Shown here piece after piece: positions 62,422 to 64,000 of a stretch of DNA of 64,000 bases. Each line of letters starts with the position of its first letter. Position 1 is the stretch's first letter. The DNA is from Octopus bimaculoides. Its lineage: Eukaryota. The DNA lies in NCBI RefSeq assembly GCF_001194135.2, contig NC_068982.1, positions 148,183,036 through 148,247,035 of the forward strand. Reading direction: 5' to 3'. The position numbers and the translations under genes are program-made. Below the pieces are notes generated by a model, which was not told the DNA's origin, did no database searches, and saw nothing but the letters and a program-made list of their open reading frames with translations.

Positions 62422-64000
62422 TGACATTAACTCTTTAACATTAATACTTTACTGCTGTATACTTTAGTGTGTGCTTCTTTTCGGATATATGATACATTGA
62501 CTATATATNNNNNNNNNNNNNNNNNNNNNNNNNNNNNNNNNNNNNNNNNNNNNNNNNNNNNNNNNNNNNNNNNNNNNNNNNNNNNNNNNNNNNNNNNNNN
62601 NNNNNNNNNNNNNNNNNNNNNNNNNNNNNNNNNNNNNNNNNNNNNNNNNNNNNNNNNNNNNNNNNNNNNNNNNNNNNNNNNNNNNNNNNNNNNNNNNNNN
62701 NNNNNNNNNNNNNNNNNNNNNNNNNNNNNNNNNNNNNNNNNNNNNNNNNNNNNNNNNNNNNNNNNNNNNNNNNNNNNNNNNNNNNNNNNNNNNNNNNNNN
62801 NNNNNNNNNNNNNNNNNNNNNNNNNNNNNNNNNNNNNNNNNNNNNNNNNNNNNNNNNNNNNNNNNNNNNNNNNNNNNNNNNNNNNNNNNNNNNNNNNNNN
62901 NNNNNNNNNNNNNNNNNNNNNNNNNNNNNNNNNNNNNNNNNNNNNNNNNNNNNNNNNNNNNNNNNNNNNNNNNNNNNNNNNNNNNNNNNNNNNNNNNNNN
63001 NNNNNNNNNNNNNNNNNNNNNNNNNNNNNNNNNNNNNNNNNNNNNNNNNNNNNNNNNNNNNNNNNNNNNNNNNNNNNNNNNNNNNNNNNNNNNNNNNNNN
63101 NNNNNNNNNNNNNNNNNNNNNNNNNNNNNNNNNNNNNNNNNNNNNNNNNNNNNNNNNNNNNNNNNNNNNNNNNNNNNNNNNNNNNNNNNNNNNNNTATAT
63201 ATATATATATATATATATACATATGTATGTATACACATACATATACATACATACATACATACATACATACATACGTACATACACACAAGGCGATGAAAGA
63301 ATTGCAACGATCTTTGCCAAGATTTCCGGAAGATCTTGAGATTGGTAAAGGAAATGAGGTAGAAAACATAGATGATTCATTCGTAATTCCACGCTAGGAG
63401 ATCTGATCTAAATGTTTACAAGGCAGTGGAAGCCGCTAAATGAACCCAAAAGCCAGGAGCTTGTCATTTTACAACAATAGGCAAAGTCTTCTGGAGAGAG
63501 ATTTTTAACCATTTCCGTTTGCCTAACTGCAAACATAAGACTCGACACAAACTACAAAAACAGCAGATGATGAAATGCTGAGTAAAAATCAACAGAAGGA
63601 ATATAACTGTGTTCAACAGCGGAACCATTATAGATGGAATTATTGTGAAATAATATTACTGAAAGGATCAAAAAATAAATTTAAATTAAAGGCTGTGGAA
63701 TTTTGGCCGCTTCACCTAAAATTAATGATATATATTAAATTGGTCAGGGTATTACTATTCCATGTGGACAATATCACTCTATTGAAATTATGTACTGAAA
63801 CCTCATTCGGATATTAAAAATTTCGGAGAAAAGTGTAAAATTGATTCTAAAACGCAATAACGCATATCACTTGAGAATGTCTTTTTGTACTCTGCCTATT
63901 TTAGCTCTCTTTCTACAAAAACAAGCACGCTCTCGCACGCACTCACACACACAACACACAAACATATAAACTCATACATGCATATATATATATATATATA

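Noticed and set aside
465-63392. Long ORFs of 140-350 aa in the track (poly-[13 protein letters not shown], poly-Y)
   Set aside because: Artefacts of N-gaps and microsatellites.
63820-63900. Possible gene A exon 1 (gtgtaaaattgattc resembles B/C exon 1)
   Set aside because: No GT donor, TATA or Inr in matching positions; the true exon 1 is probably beyond the window or in the gap.
1-64000. CRISPR arrays, rRNA genes or prokaryotic operons
   Set aside because: None seen. The repeats are microsatellites and dispersed eukaryotic transposons, with no regularly spaced repeat-spacer structure.

Overview
AT-rich, microsatellite- and gap-riddled eukaryotic DNA. The tRNA-derived SINE families and repeat landscape look like an Octopus (coleoid cephalopod) draft assembly; this is inference, not confirmed. 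Nearly all ORFs in the supplied track are artefacts of N-gaps, microsatellites or decayed transposons. Hidden among the repeats on the minus strand is a head-to-tail array of three paralogous genes, here called A (~39.6-62.1 kb), B (~16.0-32.5 kb) and C (5' end only, ~4.4-6.6 kb). The shared layout is a non-coding exon 1 behind TATA+Inr (seen in B and C), a signal-peptide exon with 61 coding nt (MRxFLLLxSxCIxYxxAxSQ|G), a 63-nt one-Cys linker exon, 5 (B) or 7 (A) symmetric phase-1 exons of 114-123 nt each encoding one ~40-aa four-Cys module (GC-x5-C-x3-G-x6/8-C-x4-C-x13/15-G), and a terminal exon encoding only GC* or GCS*. Predicted products are mostly cationic, Cys/Tyr-rich secreted proteins of 322 aa (A) and 245 aa (B) that I cannot assign to a named family. 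Recently duplicated modules differ almost only at non-synonymous positions, which suggests diversifying selection. The rest is SINEs, Tc1/mariner, hAT, Penelope, R4- and CRE-like relics, and several long hairpins/MITEs. Exon coordinates and translations were read by hand; repeat boundaries are approximate.
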